Part shown: in pieces, positions 1 to 19,231 of the stretch
How the letters are laid out: every line of letters starts with the position of its first letter
Position numbering within the stretch: the stretch's first letter is position 1
NCBI RefSeq assembly: GCF_009914755.1
Contig: NC_060928.1
Reading direction: 5' to 3' (one strand)
Length of the DNA: 64,000 nt
From: the human T2T-CHM13v2.0 reference genome, Homo sapiens
The notes under the pieces: model-generated
Seen by the model: the letters and a program-made list of their open reading frames with translations, nothing else
Database searches by the model: none
Told to the model about the DNA's origin: nothing
Made by a program: the position numbers and the translations under genes

Positions 1-481
1 ATGTACAGTTAAAATGGGGTAATTTTTATTATATGTAAATTACAGCTCAGTAAAGAAATATGAACTTCATGATAAAAACATTTGTTGCACTTTAAGATTT
101 TTTTGCCAACTAATCCCTCTGTTGTGTTATCATTAAACAGTATCTATAATGGCAATCATTTGAAATCACAGAGTGTAATATAAATGCTCTTTAGAATATC
201 TATTTGTTAATTATTAAGTAATTTCAAAGTAGTAACAATAGTTATGAGTAGCACCCCCCAAAATTGATGGAACTATTAAGTAACCGAAAGAATAAAAACA
301 GTGCCTAAGAATTTGTAGTTAATACTTGCTTACTGACAATTCTAAAATTATTTTAGGATAAGGAGTAATTATTCTCCACTAAAGATTAATCTCATCCTTT
401 AAAGATTAGCCAGATCATATTTTAGTTATAAATATAAATTGTAAACATTCTATTTATAATGGCATAAATGAAATAGCAGAA

Positions 482-775
<294 letters not shown>

Positions 776-1204
776 GTAACAGAGGTATGTATTATGGTTT
801 TTTTGGGGGTTTTTTTGGCAAAAAAAAAAAAATACGAGGAGTGTGATCCACCTTTCCTTAAGGAGCTAAATGAGAATTAATGTTTGTATTTAAAGACAAA
901 TAATTTTTGACCATTTGCTTTGACTTTATTAAAGGTCTGAAACCACAATCTCTAGATATTTGTCATTTATACTGATATATAAACTCTGCATTATATATCA
1001 GCTATGGTAAAACTTTGATCCTTTCCAGTTCCTGGATCTTCTTTTGATTAATCAAACTTGATTGACTAATACATTGTCATTATGTGAAGATTGAGTTATA
1101 CCATTCACATAAAGATCCATTATTAAAGACTTATTTTTGTGTGTTGTACAATATAAAGAGGCAATTTTATGTCTTTTTAAACTTGGATTTAAAAAAATCT
1201 AACA

Positions 1205-1375
1205 TCAGCTATTAAAAAATACAGATTTTCCCAATAAATATTTTTCTACCTCTAACATACGTGTGTCCATATATATGTGAGGGTCTTTCTTATGATCTCT
1301 TGTCCACTTGTCTATCACCAATATTACTGTTTTAATTACTATAATTTGAATTAATCTTATGCCTGATATAACTAG
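1205..1375 (-). mobile_element. Ancient L1 (L1M) ORF2 fragment
   Basis: CCAATATTACTGTTTTAATTACTATAATTTG resembles the antisense of the ORF2 'YYKATVIKT..W' region; highly degenerate. Confidence 0.4.
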
Positions 1376-1735
1376 ACCATAAGGAAGCATATCTGGATCT
1401 GATGAAGAGGACTTTGTGTCATCACTATGGAATATATTTTCAAATGGATGAAGTGATTAGACAGTTTTTTGTGGTTATAATTTTTGGTGAGTTTGTGTGA
1501 TAGCTGCACATGGATAATGTACATGGACACATGAATAAAGTGGGAGAATGTTCTAGAAACTTTATTTTCCCACAATATTTCCCTCCTCCCACCCTATCTC
1601 TCTCATTCTATCTCTTGCACTTTATCTGTAGTATTGAGACTCCTGATCTTCATCAGGATACACAACCACCTAGAAACAATTATACATTTCCCAATTATCC
1701 ATAATGTTAGTTGTGAGCATGTTTATATTTCGTAG

Positions 1736-2111
<376 letters not shown>

Positions 2112-3955
2112 GTTTTATTTTTATTTTTTTTAAGTGATGTGATTTCTTTCCTAACCTGGTCTCCTTTCTTTTTAGCTAAAATGCAGACTCTAGGCCTGCA
2201 GCTCCCGACATCATTTTAGTCAGAGACATTACTTTGGGAATGAATATCGTGAAAGACAAAGCAAACAATAAATGTAACTTTATCTCTAACAAGAAACATC
2301 ATTTTAGTTCTAGACCAACTATGTGAAGTTTTCTTGCAATTGAAAGGAAAAGCAGCATCCTTCTTTTTTTAAGCAACTGTGACTTGAGGTGTTATGTTAC
2401 TACTTCGTGAGCTTAATCCCAACTAATGAAGATGACCAGTAAGAACTCAGATTATTTTTTAAAAAGTGTACTTTTTGTATTCAGAGAGAATATATTGACT
2501 GTGGAGCATGATAAGAAGTAATGGTGGCAACGGTGTTTCATCCAATATAATCAAAAGTTTTTATTTCAGAAATTTTTTAAAAATAACTTTAAAAGAGAGG
2601 TACAAAATATTTTACACAAAAGAATTATAGTTCAATGCATACAAATATAAGCAACATAAATAAAAGTGTGTGCATTTTTGAACAAATACTTCTAGTAGGA
2701 AGAAAAAAAGGAATTTCAAGTGTGTGTCAAAGGCTATAATGATTTCATTTTTAAATATCTTGTAATATTTATATTTTGTAAGAATTACTTTATATTATAC
2801 TACTTAGGAAAAACAATACAATGATAAAATCAATTACCTTTCTATTTAAATATAATATTACAGCTGCATGATAATGGGTTAATAATGTATTTAGAAAGCT
2901 TAGAACTTCTTTAGTTTCCAAGGCAACTAATTTTTCCATTTTGTATTCAAAGTTTAAGGGCTTTTTGAAAATTAAAGATATTGTAACACTACTTTCATTT
3001 AAGGATCAAAAACAAGAAAGTTGATTTTAAATTGTAGCATTTTGCAAAAAGTGTCATGAAAATTTTTATTTTTTCAACTCGTGTTGTATATAGACCCTTT
3101 AAACTATGTATACACAGAACTAAAAAACAAAACACTCTCACATAATCAGGCGAGCAAGACAAAAATATCAAAAACAAAATTACAAACAATATTTTCTAAT
3201 TGTCATCATTTTTTCAAATCATGATTTATACTAAAGTATCCATGAAAGCAAAAATACTTTGGTAACTCAATTCCTAATGTAGTTTCATGTTCACTGAGGA
3301 GGTTGTACATTTTCCATAACGTCTTGTATAATGTTGGCTATTTAGGCAAATTGAGCCTATCATCAGCCTTCAAGTTTTCTGCTTTCCTTTTTAGATCTAT
3401 CATAAATCTGTTCTAGATTTCCCAGTTTAACACCAAGTAATTAAATAAGTCCCATTTTTGCATGAATTATGTGCTGTTCTTTTTATGAAATAAACATGCT
3501 GCAGAATTAAGGTTCTCTTAAAAAGTTAGGAGTGAATAATCAGTGCTCCAAGCATTGTCACCTGAAGTAATCTATAGAAAGGGACGCTAGCCATAGCACC
3601 CTCAAGGGGTAAGGAACTTTCATCCACATGCCATCAGAGAGTGAAAATTAGTGAAATAATCTAGACAGATTTAGAGATCACAGAGTTATACTGAAAATAT
3701 TTTAAGTAAGTCAAGATTCTAAGTACTGTCTTATGCAGAATTTTTTTATTAGTCTTTAAGTAAAATGAGCCTAGAGTTTTCAAGGGTCTGGGAAATGTAA
3801 AAGATCTTAAAAAAATACTTAAAACATTTTATTTCTGTAATAACAATAGAACCCTGGAAATTAGAAAGTAATTCATATTTACTGAAATAAATATAAAATG
3901 TAACACTACATCAAATTAATTTAGTATATTTTATATTATAAAATTATATAACTAA

Positions 3956-4019
3956 TTTAGTATATTTTATAAATGCCAGATTGTATTAATAAAATCTGGC
4001 ATTTATAAAATATACTAAA
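3956..4019. repeat. 64-bp near-perfect AT-rich palindrome
   Basis: 3956-3982 TTTAGTATATTTTATAAATGCCAGATT is the exact reverse complement of 3993-4019; the centre TATTAATA is itself palindromic; one mismatch (3983/3992). Confidence 0.95.
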
Positions 4020-5318
4020 CTAGAAATAGTTTGGTTTTATTTTTTCACTTTGTAAAACTCCTCCAGATTTGATTTGTTTAGTTATAAATTATAGCCAATT
4101 GTGAATTTAATAAGTTCATTGTTACAGAATTATTTCAAAAGCAAGATGATTAACAGAATTCCTTTACATTCTTTATAGAAATAGGTATATCCATTACAGA
4201 TGCATTTCTATTCTTATGTTTGACATATTTCAGTCTATAAATTAAGCAGGCCTAAATTCTGCAAAAGTCTTAAATAGTCCCAGTATTTCAAATACCAACA
4301 CATTTATCCAAGCTCTAAAATATTGTGTTAAGTTTATAAACAGGTGGTCTCAATAGACAACAAAGCTCATGTGTTTTTATTATCCTTTTAATATATTACT
4401 ATTCTGGGCAAAAAAATACAAAAGACAAATTAGATATATTTACTTACTTCACAATAGTGTAGCAAAGAAGAAATACATGAATAGTTGTCATATAATATAC
4501 CTGGAGAGAAATAGAAAATTTTAGCACAGCTAATTTAGCACAATTAACCTGCTGTTAATTGTGGTACTTACTTGACTTTGCCTGACTATACACTTAACAG
4601 TATGCAAACTAAGGGCTAGATGATACTTGCACATGCAGTAGAGTGCATTATAGGTCTACTGATGACCTCTCTGTCTAAGAGAGAAAGAGAAAGCTTGTGT
4701 TTATTCTGGAATATAAAAGCATCATCTCCAGGATGGGGAATGAGACTTTACTATCCTAGAATATTTCTGAGGACAGAGGCTTTATCTATACTATAAAAAG
4801 ACTACTTTCTCTGACACAAAGGGAGACAATACATAAATCTTCTAAGAATATGCATTTGCTATGCGTAGCAAAATTCTGAGATTCAAAAATATATTCAACA
4901 TGTGTACTCCCCTCAGCATAGACTTGTAAAAGGAATATATTTCTGCAAATATACAAACATCATTGCAAGAATTATCAGTACTTTTGCTTAGAAAGTCCAG
5001 ACTGCAGAAGCATGATATGGCAATGAAAATTATGTATCCCAATGGACACATAATCTTGTTTGTGGTATTTAAGGTTTTATCCAGTGCAGTTATTTTTATA
5101 TAAAAATGCTTGTAGAGACTTATCAAAATAACAGTCTAAAAAGATAAGTAAAAAGAATAATATAAAATAATAACATGAATTTTTAAGAACACTAAATTCA
5201 TATTTTTGAACAACTGGAAACATTTTATTGTAGTCTAAATTGAAATATTTATTGATAGTTTAGTCCAGATTTGCAATCCATGTTGGAAACAATTCCAACT
5301 CACAGTTCTCAATCCTTC

Positions 5319-5670
5319 TGATATGGTTTGCTCTGTGTCCCCACCCAAATCTCATCTTGTAGCTCTCATAATTCCCATGGTTATGGGAGATACCTTGTGG
5401 GAGATAATTGAATCATGGGGATGGGTCTTTCTTGTGCTCTTCTCATGACAGTGAATGGGTCCCACAAGATCTGATGCTTTTAAAAAGAGGAGTTCCCCTG
5501 CACAGGCTCTCTCTCTGTCTGCCACCATCCATGTAAGATGTGATTTGCTCCTCCTTGCCTTCTGCCATGTGAGGCCTCTCCAGCCATGTGGAACTGTAAG
5601 TCCATTAAACCTCTTTTTCTTCCCAGTCTCAGGCATGTCTTTATCAGCAGCATGAAAACTAACTAATACA
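5319..5670 (+). mobile_element. THE1 (THE1B-like) MaLR solo LTR
   Basis: TGATATGGTTTG..TGTGTCCCCACCCAAATCTCATC start and ..CAGCAGCATGAAAACTAACTAATACA end, about 350 bp. Confidence 0.92.
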
Positions 5671-7918
5671 CTCTCATATCTGACAAAGATACCAGAATAA
5701 TTCCTTTGTAAACTGCTCAATCATTTCCTTCTCTTCCCATGTCTACCTTCTGCACAGTAGCCTAAGGAAGTAATTGTTAGTTTTTTTTTAAAGGAATTCC
5801 ATATATACCACAAGCCTTACAAAAAGGTACTCTCTCTATATATATATGTATATCACAAAGTATCTAATAACGCTATATTGAAGCTTTATAATAGTCTTTG
5901 TGTCAGTGAGGTTTGGCAAACAACATCATATAATTTATTGTGTTTTATTGCATTCAACAACTACATAAACTAGTGATGATTTACAGCATCTGCATGTGTA
6001 TACTGAATGCTATCAACAACTGTATTCATGACTTTTTTATAGAATCTACTTCAAAAAACCTCAGTGTATTTTTCCCAATATACATTTAAATTTCAAATCC
6101 ACACTGTTAAACTAAAATAATTAAGCATCATACATCACAAAAACTAATTCTTTATATTTAATTGAGATTCTTCTTTGACATGCCATAGATTCTAAAATAT
6201 TTGACATGAGCTCAATTTTTAAGCTGCAAATTGGCAACAATTTTTTCTTAATTCAGAAGTACTTTGAGAAAATATGTACTCCAACTGTCAAATGAACAAT
6301 GTCTCTTGCAACACATAGTTAATTGAAAATAAACAAAATTACATGAACTTTTAATATTTTAAATTAATTATAACTATTGTTAAAAAGATGCTATATTTAG
6401 TAGATAATTAACAGCTTAATTGATTTTTTACTTCTGAAAATATTCTTGGTCTTTACAATTATAGAATTGTCTAACAAAACTTCCATGAAACAAATAAATA
6501 ATGTATTTTATTAATTATCCATCCAAAAATAGTTTTTAGTTTGTGCAAAGACCAAGTCATTTGAAAGCTGGCCAAAGTCACACACTTTGATCTTGTTAAA
6601 TATGATTTACCTTTGTTGTTAAATATTTACTTTTGATTGCAAGTGACTAATTTATTTAATTTTCTTTTTAATTTGAAGGGCATTTCTATCCAAATTAAGA
6701 ATGTATCTTCTAAATATTTCTCTCTATTATTACTTTTATTATGTATAAATTTATTTTAGGCAAACAAATATTTTTTGCTTTTTCATTTTATTCACCCCAG
6801 CAAATTTCACATGGCACTTATAGTGAAATTAACAATATACAGCTATTGAAGATTTTAGAAAATTACTTCTCATGATATATTCACAGTTTTTCTATTTTTA
6901 ATCTATCATTATTTACAAGAGTTTTCTCATTTTAAAATCAATATGTACCTGAGGATGACATCAGCAATATGGCAGAATAGGAAGACCCAGCCCTTGTTCT
7001 ACCACAGAAATACTGAGTTAATAATAATATGAGAACTGAATATTTCTATGAGAAGTCTAGATATCAGTTAAGAGGTTGAAGTGCCCCAGATGAGCACAAA
7101 ATCACAAACAACTACGTTAAAAAGAAAACAAAAGAGCAATTTTACTTTACCTACATCAGCCAGGCCCCAAAGCCAACCAGCTCAATTCTGCAAGAGATCA
7201 CCCTGACCTGTAATTTATTTATTGGGGGAAAACAAAGAGTAAATCATCATCCTTTCAACTTCCCTGGTAATTTGGTGTGCTATCCAATGGGCTTCTGTTC
7301 ATCTCACATGAAGTGCTGATGAACCTGTCAAAATGTGGATACCTGTGGCAGCTAAGAAGAAATAAAAAGGAAGTGGCAGATTTCTGTGGCCTAGCATAAT
7401 TTTGCAAGATTGGGAGAAAAGATGGAACCTCAGGCTTCTCCCAAAGAAAGGAAATAGTAGAAGTTGAATGTGTGTCCCAAGTCCCAGCTTTTCAGGGTGC
7501 TGCTTATAGGGCCAGCTTATGTCTCATCTCATCTGTAATGCTGACAGAACTGGCACAATTATGGGGAGGGAGCTAAGAACAAAAGAAAAGTGTATGATGA
7601 TTGCTGTTTGATAGGCATTCAGAATTTCTAGCCAAAATAAAATACTTCCCGGTTAAGCCAGTCCATGAAGGCTGGGATGGTGGTCTTTTCTTCAAATACG
7701 CAATCACCAAAGCAAAGGTACATGCAACACAAAAAATCAGGGAAACATGATACAATCAAGGAACCAAAATAAATCTCTGGTAACTGACTCCTAACAAATG
7801 GAGATCTATTACTTGCCTGACAAATAATTCCAAATTCAAAATTCTTGAAAAAGCTCAGTGAGTTCCAGTAAAATAGAGGTAGACAAATCAGTGAAATCAG
7901 GAAAATAATACATACTAA

Positions 7919-7919
7919 T

Positions 7920-7970
<51 letters not shown>
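7919..7970. repeat. (TACA)n(CA)n microsatellite
   Basis: Directly visible. Confidence 0.95.
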
Positions 7971-7972
<2 letters not shown>

Positions 7973-9046
7973 TGAGAATACCAACAAAAAGCAATCATAC
8001 ATTAAAAAAATCTGAAATACTGGAGCTGAAGAATACCTCACTTGAATTTTGCAGTGGCAGACTTCATCAAGTAGGACAAAGAATCAGCGAGTTGGAAGAC
8101 AAATCATTTAAATTGCCCAAGCAGAAAAGCAACCATTTTTAAAAATAACATAAGAAATAAGACAGAAGCTACAAGTCTTACAGGGCACCATCCAAAGAAC
8201 CAAAATAGCATTATGGGAGGTCCAGAAGAAGAAGAGATAAAGAAGTAAAAAGATTATTTCAAAAAATAATAGCCCCCAACTTCTCACATCTTGGGAGGAA
8301 AATGAACATCCAGATTCATGAAACCAAGAAACTCCCCAAAAATAAAAACTGAAAAGGAAGTCTACACTGAGACATATTATAATTAAATTATCAAAAGGCA
8401 AAGACAAGAAGAGAATTCTGAAAGCAGCAAGAGAACAATGACTTGTTACATATAAGGGAGGTTATCTAAAATTATCAGGTTTTTTCAGCAGAAACCTTAT
8501 AGATCAGAAGGGAGTAAAATGATATATTTAAAGTGTTAAGAGGAAAAACAAAAACCTGCCCACCAAGGATACTATAATTAGCATAACTGACTTTAAAAAT
8601 ATAGATGAGATAAAGACTTTTCAAGACAAAGAAAAGCTAAGAGTTCATCACCCTGGATTTACTTTACAATAAAAGCTAAAGAGAGTGTTGCAAGTTGAAA
8701 CAAAACAGTGCCAAACAGCAACCAAAAAAATATTAAAGTATAAAATTCACTGGTAGAGATAAATGTGTATACAAAGAATACTGTAATATGTAATAGTAGT
8801 GATTAAATTACTTTTAATTCTGGTATTAAAGCTAAAAGACAAAAGTATTGATAAATATAAGTATAAAAATAAGTTCAGGGAAAAGACATAGAAAGGTATG
8901 AACTCTGTCATCAATAACAAATGTATGGGATTGGGAAAAAGGAAACATGCAGCTTTTGTATGAGATTAATGTATCAAGTAAAATAGACTATATAAAATGA
9001 TATTTTATGTTAGCCCCATGGCAACCACACAGAAAATATTTACAGA

Positions 9047-9047
<1 letters not shown>

Positions 9048-9078
<31 letters not shown>
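9048..9078. repeat. (CA)n microsatellite
   Basis: Directly visible. Confidence 0.95.
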
Positions 9079-9081
<3 letters not shown>

Positions 9082-10452
9082 AAGATAAAGAAATCAAAGC
9101 ACATCCATACAAAAGAAAATCAATTAAATACAAAGGGAGATAGAGAGGAAAGGGATACAAGAAATACAATAGAGAAAAAAATAACAAAATGGCAGTAGAA
9201 TATCTTTCTCTATCAATAATTACCTTAAATGTAAATGGATTAAACTCTCATTTAAAAGACTTGGAGTGGCTGAATATAAATAAAGTAAAAAAATATTAAG
9301 ACCCAACTATATGTTATCTATGAGAGAATCGCTTTAGATTTAAGGACGTACAAAGGCTGAAAAAAGAAGAAATGAAAAGAAATGGTCCATGAAGATGGTA
9401 AACAAAAAACAGCCAGAGATGGCTATATTTACATGAGAGAAAATAGACTTTAAGTAAAAAAAGAAAAGAAAGAAAGAAAAGCTGTCACTAGAGAGTCATT
9501 TTATAATTATATGAGTCAATCAACCAGGAATATATAAAAATTGTAAATACATATGTAGCCAACACTAGAGAAATTAAATATGTAAAGCAAACACTGACAG
9601 AACCAAAAGAAAATAGATAGCAGTAGCATAATAATAATAAATTTTAATAATACACTTTTAATAATAGCTAGAACATCCAGGCAGAAAGTCAACAAAGAAA
9701 AGTGGACATGAACAACATTGCAGGAACAAATTGACCTATGGGCATATACAGAACATTCTACTCAACAGCAGCAAAATATATATTCTGCACAAGCACACAC
9801 TGATCATTCTCCAGTATAAATTACATTACATCACAAAACAAGTGTTAAGAAATTTAAGATGATTGATATCATACGAACTATCTTTAACCCCAATTGAATA
9901 AAATTAAGACATCAAAAATAGAATATTGTAAATTCACAAATATGTTAAAGCAACATACTCTTGAGTGATCAATGGGTAAAAGAAGAAATCAAAAGGGAAA
10001 TTAGAGAATAACTTAAAAAATTAAAACAAAAACAAATCTATGAAATATAGCAAAATTATGAAATATAGCAAAAGTAGTTCTAAGGGAGAAGTTTATCATG
10101 ATAAGTACCTACATTAAAGAAGGACATCAAATAAGCAACCTAAACTTACCTTGAAGAACCAGAAAATAAGACAAACTATGCCACAAATTCAGAAAAGAAA
10201 AGAAATGATAAAGGGTAAGGCAAAATAATTGGAGAATAGAAAAATAATTTTTATAAAATAATTGACTTGGATATTTGAAATAATAAAATTGGCGAAGTTA
10301 GACTGTGAAAAAATGAAAGAAGTCATATAAATAAAATCAGATATCAGAAAGAGACATCAGTTGATGCACAAAATAAAAAGAATAATTATAGGGTAATGCA
10401 AACAACTATACACAAGAAAAAATGCTGCACTTGTATAAAAAATTTACCATGA

Positions 10453-10770
<318 letters not shown>

Positions 10771-10853
10771 ACTTACCATGAATGGAGCTTGCAGGACTGA
10801 AATTTTCTCTGAGTAAGTCAGGGAGTTAGTGCTGAGTGAATGTGAAGGTCTAG

Positions 10854-11301
<448 letters not shown>

Positions 11302-11359
11302 TATAATGTGTATTTTTAATTCTTTAGTAACAAATTGAATTTAGCTTGCTGTAATTTTT

Positions 11360-11660
<301 letters not shown>

Positions 11661-12748
11661 AGCTTGCTGTAATTTTTAATAAACTTTCTAATTGTTTTAA
11701 CTTTTTGTCTTTTAACACTTAATTTAAAACCGCTTTATACATCAACACAGGTTTTTTCTTTATATTCTTATTTTATAAGCTTTTTAAATTTTTAAACTAT
11801 TTATTTTACTTTTAAAACTTTTTTCTTAAAAACTAAAACACAAACACACATATTAGTAGATGCCAATACAGGGTGAGAATCATCAAGATGTTACTAAGCA
11901 AAATTAAGTTTCAGCTTTAATTATTATGGGACCACTGTTGTATATGCAGACCATCATTGACCAAAATGTTGTTATGTGGTGCATGACTGCATTTATGTGT
12001 ATACTACGAGAAAAAGGTAAGTGCCCTTCTCAGAGTGTAATAAAACCACACTATCATATACAATGAAATGGTTTAAATAAAATAAAGTGTGAACAAGACA
12101 GTAAGTTTCTGTTTATTATTTTCTAATGTTTCAGTCTTTAAAGTAGAAATTAATGCACGTCAAAAAAATTAACAATTTAGATCCTTGTTAATATTTGCCA
12201 CACTTCAAGGCATCATACCTGCATGTAGGCAGTGGGAAGTGCATCGAATAAGACAATGTTAGTGGGTTCTCTAGCATTTCTTAGTCCTGAAGTAGGGTTA
12301 ATGACATCTCTTTACATTTTAAGTCCGAAGTGCAGATATAATGCTGCAACTTTCAATTGAAGATACCTTATCAAATTCCATTTCAAAATAACTGCTGTCT
12401 AAATAACTAAAGGCCACAGGCATCCTAGGGTAAGTAACCCTGGTACCTTTTTAATTATTTATATGGCAGGCTTGGAATTGATTTTTTTCTTAGTCAGAAA
12501 TAATGGCACACAGGGCATGTAAATTTTGATGGAGTAAATGCAATTATGATGAAAGGCGAGAAAGGTCCAGAACAAGGCATTTTTTGAGAGAAACAGGCAG
12601 AATCAGAGTGTTATAGCTAATGCATCATGCAACTTGAGAGCCATGAGTTTCTGTGGAGGTTAAATGAACAAGAATCAGAGGGAAATTTTAAAAGACAAAA
12701 CAATCCTGGGTAAAACTGAAAAACAGAGTGTAGAAATGTATGTGATCA

Positions 12749-13137
<389 letters not shown>

Positions 13138-15055
13138 TTAATTCATGCTCAGTTCTCTAGCAAGATAACTTAATCTAGCAATTTCAATGTATTTCCTTAC
13201 TCCGATTCTGAAATTTAAAAAATTACTTCAAGGTTAAAATTGATTTGTTTGGCATTAATCTTTAGTTCATTCAGTATTGCTCTCTCCCCCTTATTCTTTT
13301 AACCCTAAGTCTTAGGGTTAACTAATTTCTTAGAATTTTATATTTAGATTATCCTTGTCTTCCCTCGTCTGCACTGATATCTTTAGGACACTGGCCTCTA
13401 TATTTCTTTTACCTAGACTACAGAACCTGCTAATCCCACTTTGGCCTTCACTTGCTAGACATCTTCCTCATCTGAACCATGGGATCCATTGGGAAGTGCA
13501 GCCAAGTTCTGACCGATATTTTGGTATGGACGGCTCAAATGTAGACCCTGGAAATATTTGAATTATGTCTAATCTCCAGCTCTCTCTCAAGCTACAGGAA
13601 GCTACCAATGGAGGGGCCAATCTCACATTTTCTTTTGATAACATGAACTTTTTCTGCTTTTATTTGGAGTTACTCCATTATGGCATGGTGTGCTTTGTGA
13701 GACTTAACTTTTTCTTGATTTTCAAAATCTATGAGGGAAATACATATCTACATTGTGCTCGGATCTCTAATCCTATCGCCTACAACCACCTTCAAGAGGA
13801 CTCAGATACCAAAAATATTTTCTGTTTTATAAACTCTCTGATGTACTCATGTTTTTGGAGGTTCTCCTTGAGCTGTGTAATTCTTACATCATTCGCCAAT
13901 CCAAAGGTTTGCTGGCCCCAAGGACTTCTGGTGCAAAAATAAGCATGCAAAAGATTTAGGGTCGTGTGGCTGACTGAAACTTCCAGAACAGCAATTATCA
14001 TTTCAAGAATCTTCCCTGTTACAGTGAGTAGATATAGAAATTTCTTGGTTATTAACATCTAGAGAGATAGAATAGTAGTGATGAAAACATTGCTCTCCAT
14101 CTTGTACTTCAAAACTGGCTTAGTTTCATTCTTTCCCCCATGTCTCCCTTCCCACAAAACAAATTTCATACATACCTTAGCTTTCCTCGAGAATAGGATC
14201 TATAGAGGATTGTTGACCCATAAATGCTAACATTCAAATTAACTTAAGATTTTACCCCACTATTGAGAATTTCAGTGTGGGAAATCTGGGAAACTAGACA
14301 TGGTTTGTGAACCACAGGGTTGATAAAATAAATTTCAAATCTCATTCCACAGTTATTTGAGTTCAGCAATGTGAGGCACGAGAAGCTTATGGGTTCAGTA
14401 ATTTTACAGATGAGGGTGTCATTTCTCCTTTGATGTCAAAAAGTGCATAATAGAGACAATAAAATATAATAAGTTCAAATTTATCTTCAAAGGAAAATTA
14501 CCTAAATTTAACAATTAGATGTGACAGAGTAGGAGTCAACAAGGAAAATATTCTTAGATTTTTTTGAAAAATAAAACACTTTTGGTTATGTGAATAAATA
14601 ACTAGCAAACAGTTAAAAATCAGTAGTCAAACTATACGAAAAATAACAGGTACCTGGAAATACCTGTATGAGAACACAGCAATTCAGTGACATCTTCAGG
14701 CTTTACTTCTAATTCTAGTTCTCTTGCTATTTTCACCACATCTAGTTACTTCCTTCACCGAAGCCTTGAACCCCTTAAAGTCATCCAGGAGGATGAGAAA
14801 CAATTTTCTCCAAACTCCTATTAATGTTATTATGTTGACCTCCTCCCATAAATCATGAATGATCTTAGTGGCATCAAAAATGGTGAATTCTTTCCAGAAG
14901 GTTTTTAATTTACTTTGTGCACATCCTATAGAAGAATCACTATCAGTGGCAACTATGGACTTACAAATGTATTCCTTAAATAATAAGACTCGGACGTCAA
15001 AACTGCTCCTTGATACATGGGCTACAGAATTTATATTCTGTTAGCAGGCATAAAA

Positions 15056-19231
<4,176 letters not shown>

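Larger units (their letters stand above)
6951..10420 (+). mobile_element. Old L1M element: 5'UTR, decayed ORF1, inter-ORF and 5' part of ORF2; 3' part missing
   Basis: GATGACATCAGCAATATGGCAGAATAGGAAG 5' end; ORF1-like GAATTCTGAAAGCAGCAAGAGAA; ORF2 start-like ATGGCAGTAG..TCAATAATTACCTTAAATGTAAATGGATTAAACTCTC near 9189. Confidence 0.85.

Noticed and set aside
4400-4840. Possible old LTR-like segment
   Set aside because: No termini, TSD or family could be identified with confidence.
13355-14058. Cluster of 68-125 aa ORFs
   Set aside because: No recognisable homology; lengths are within chance expectation.
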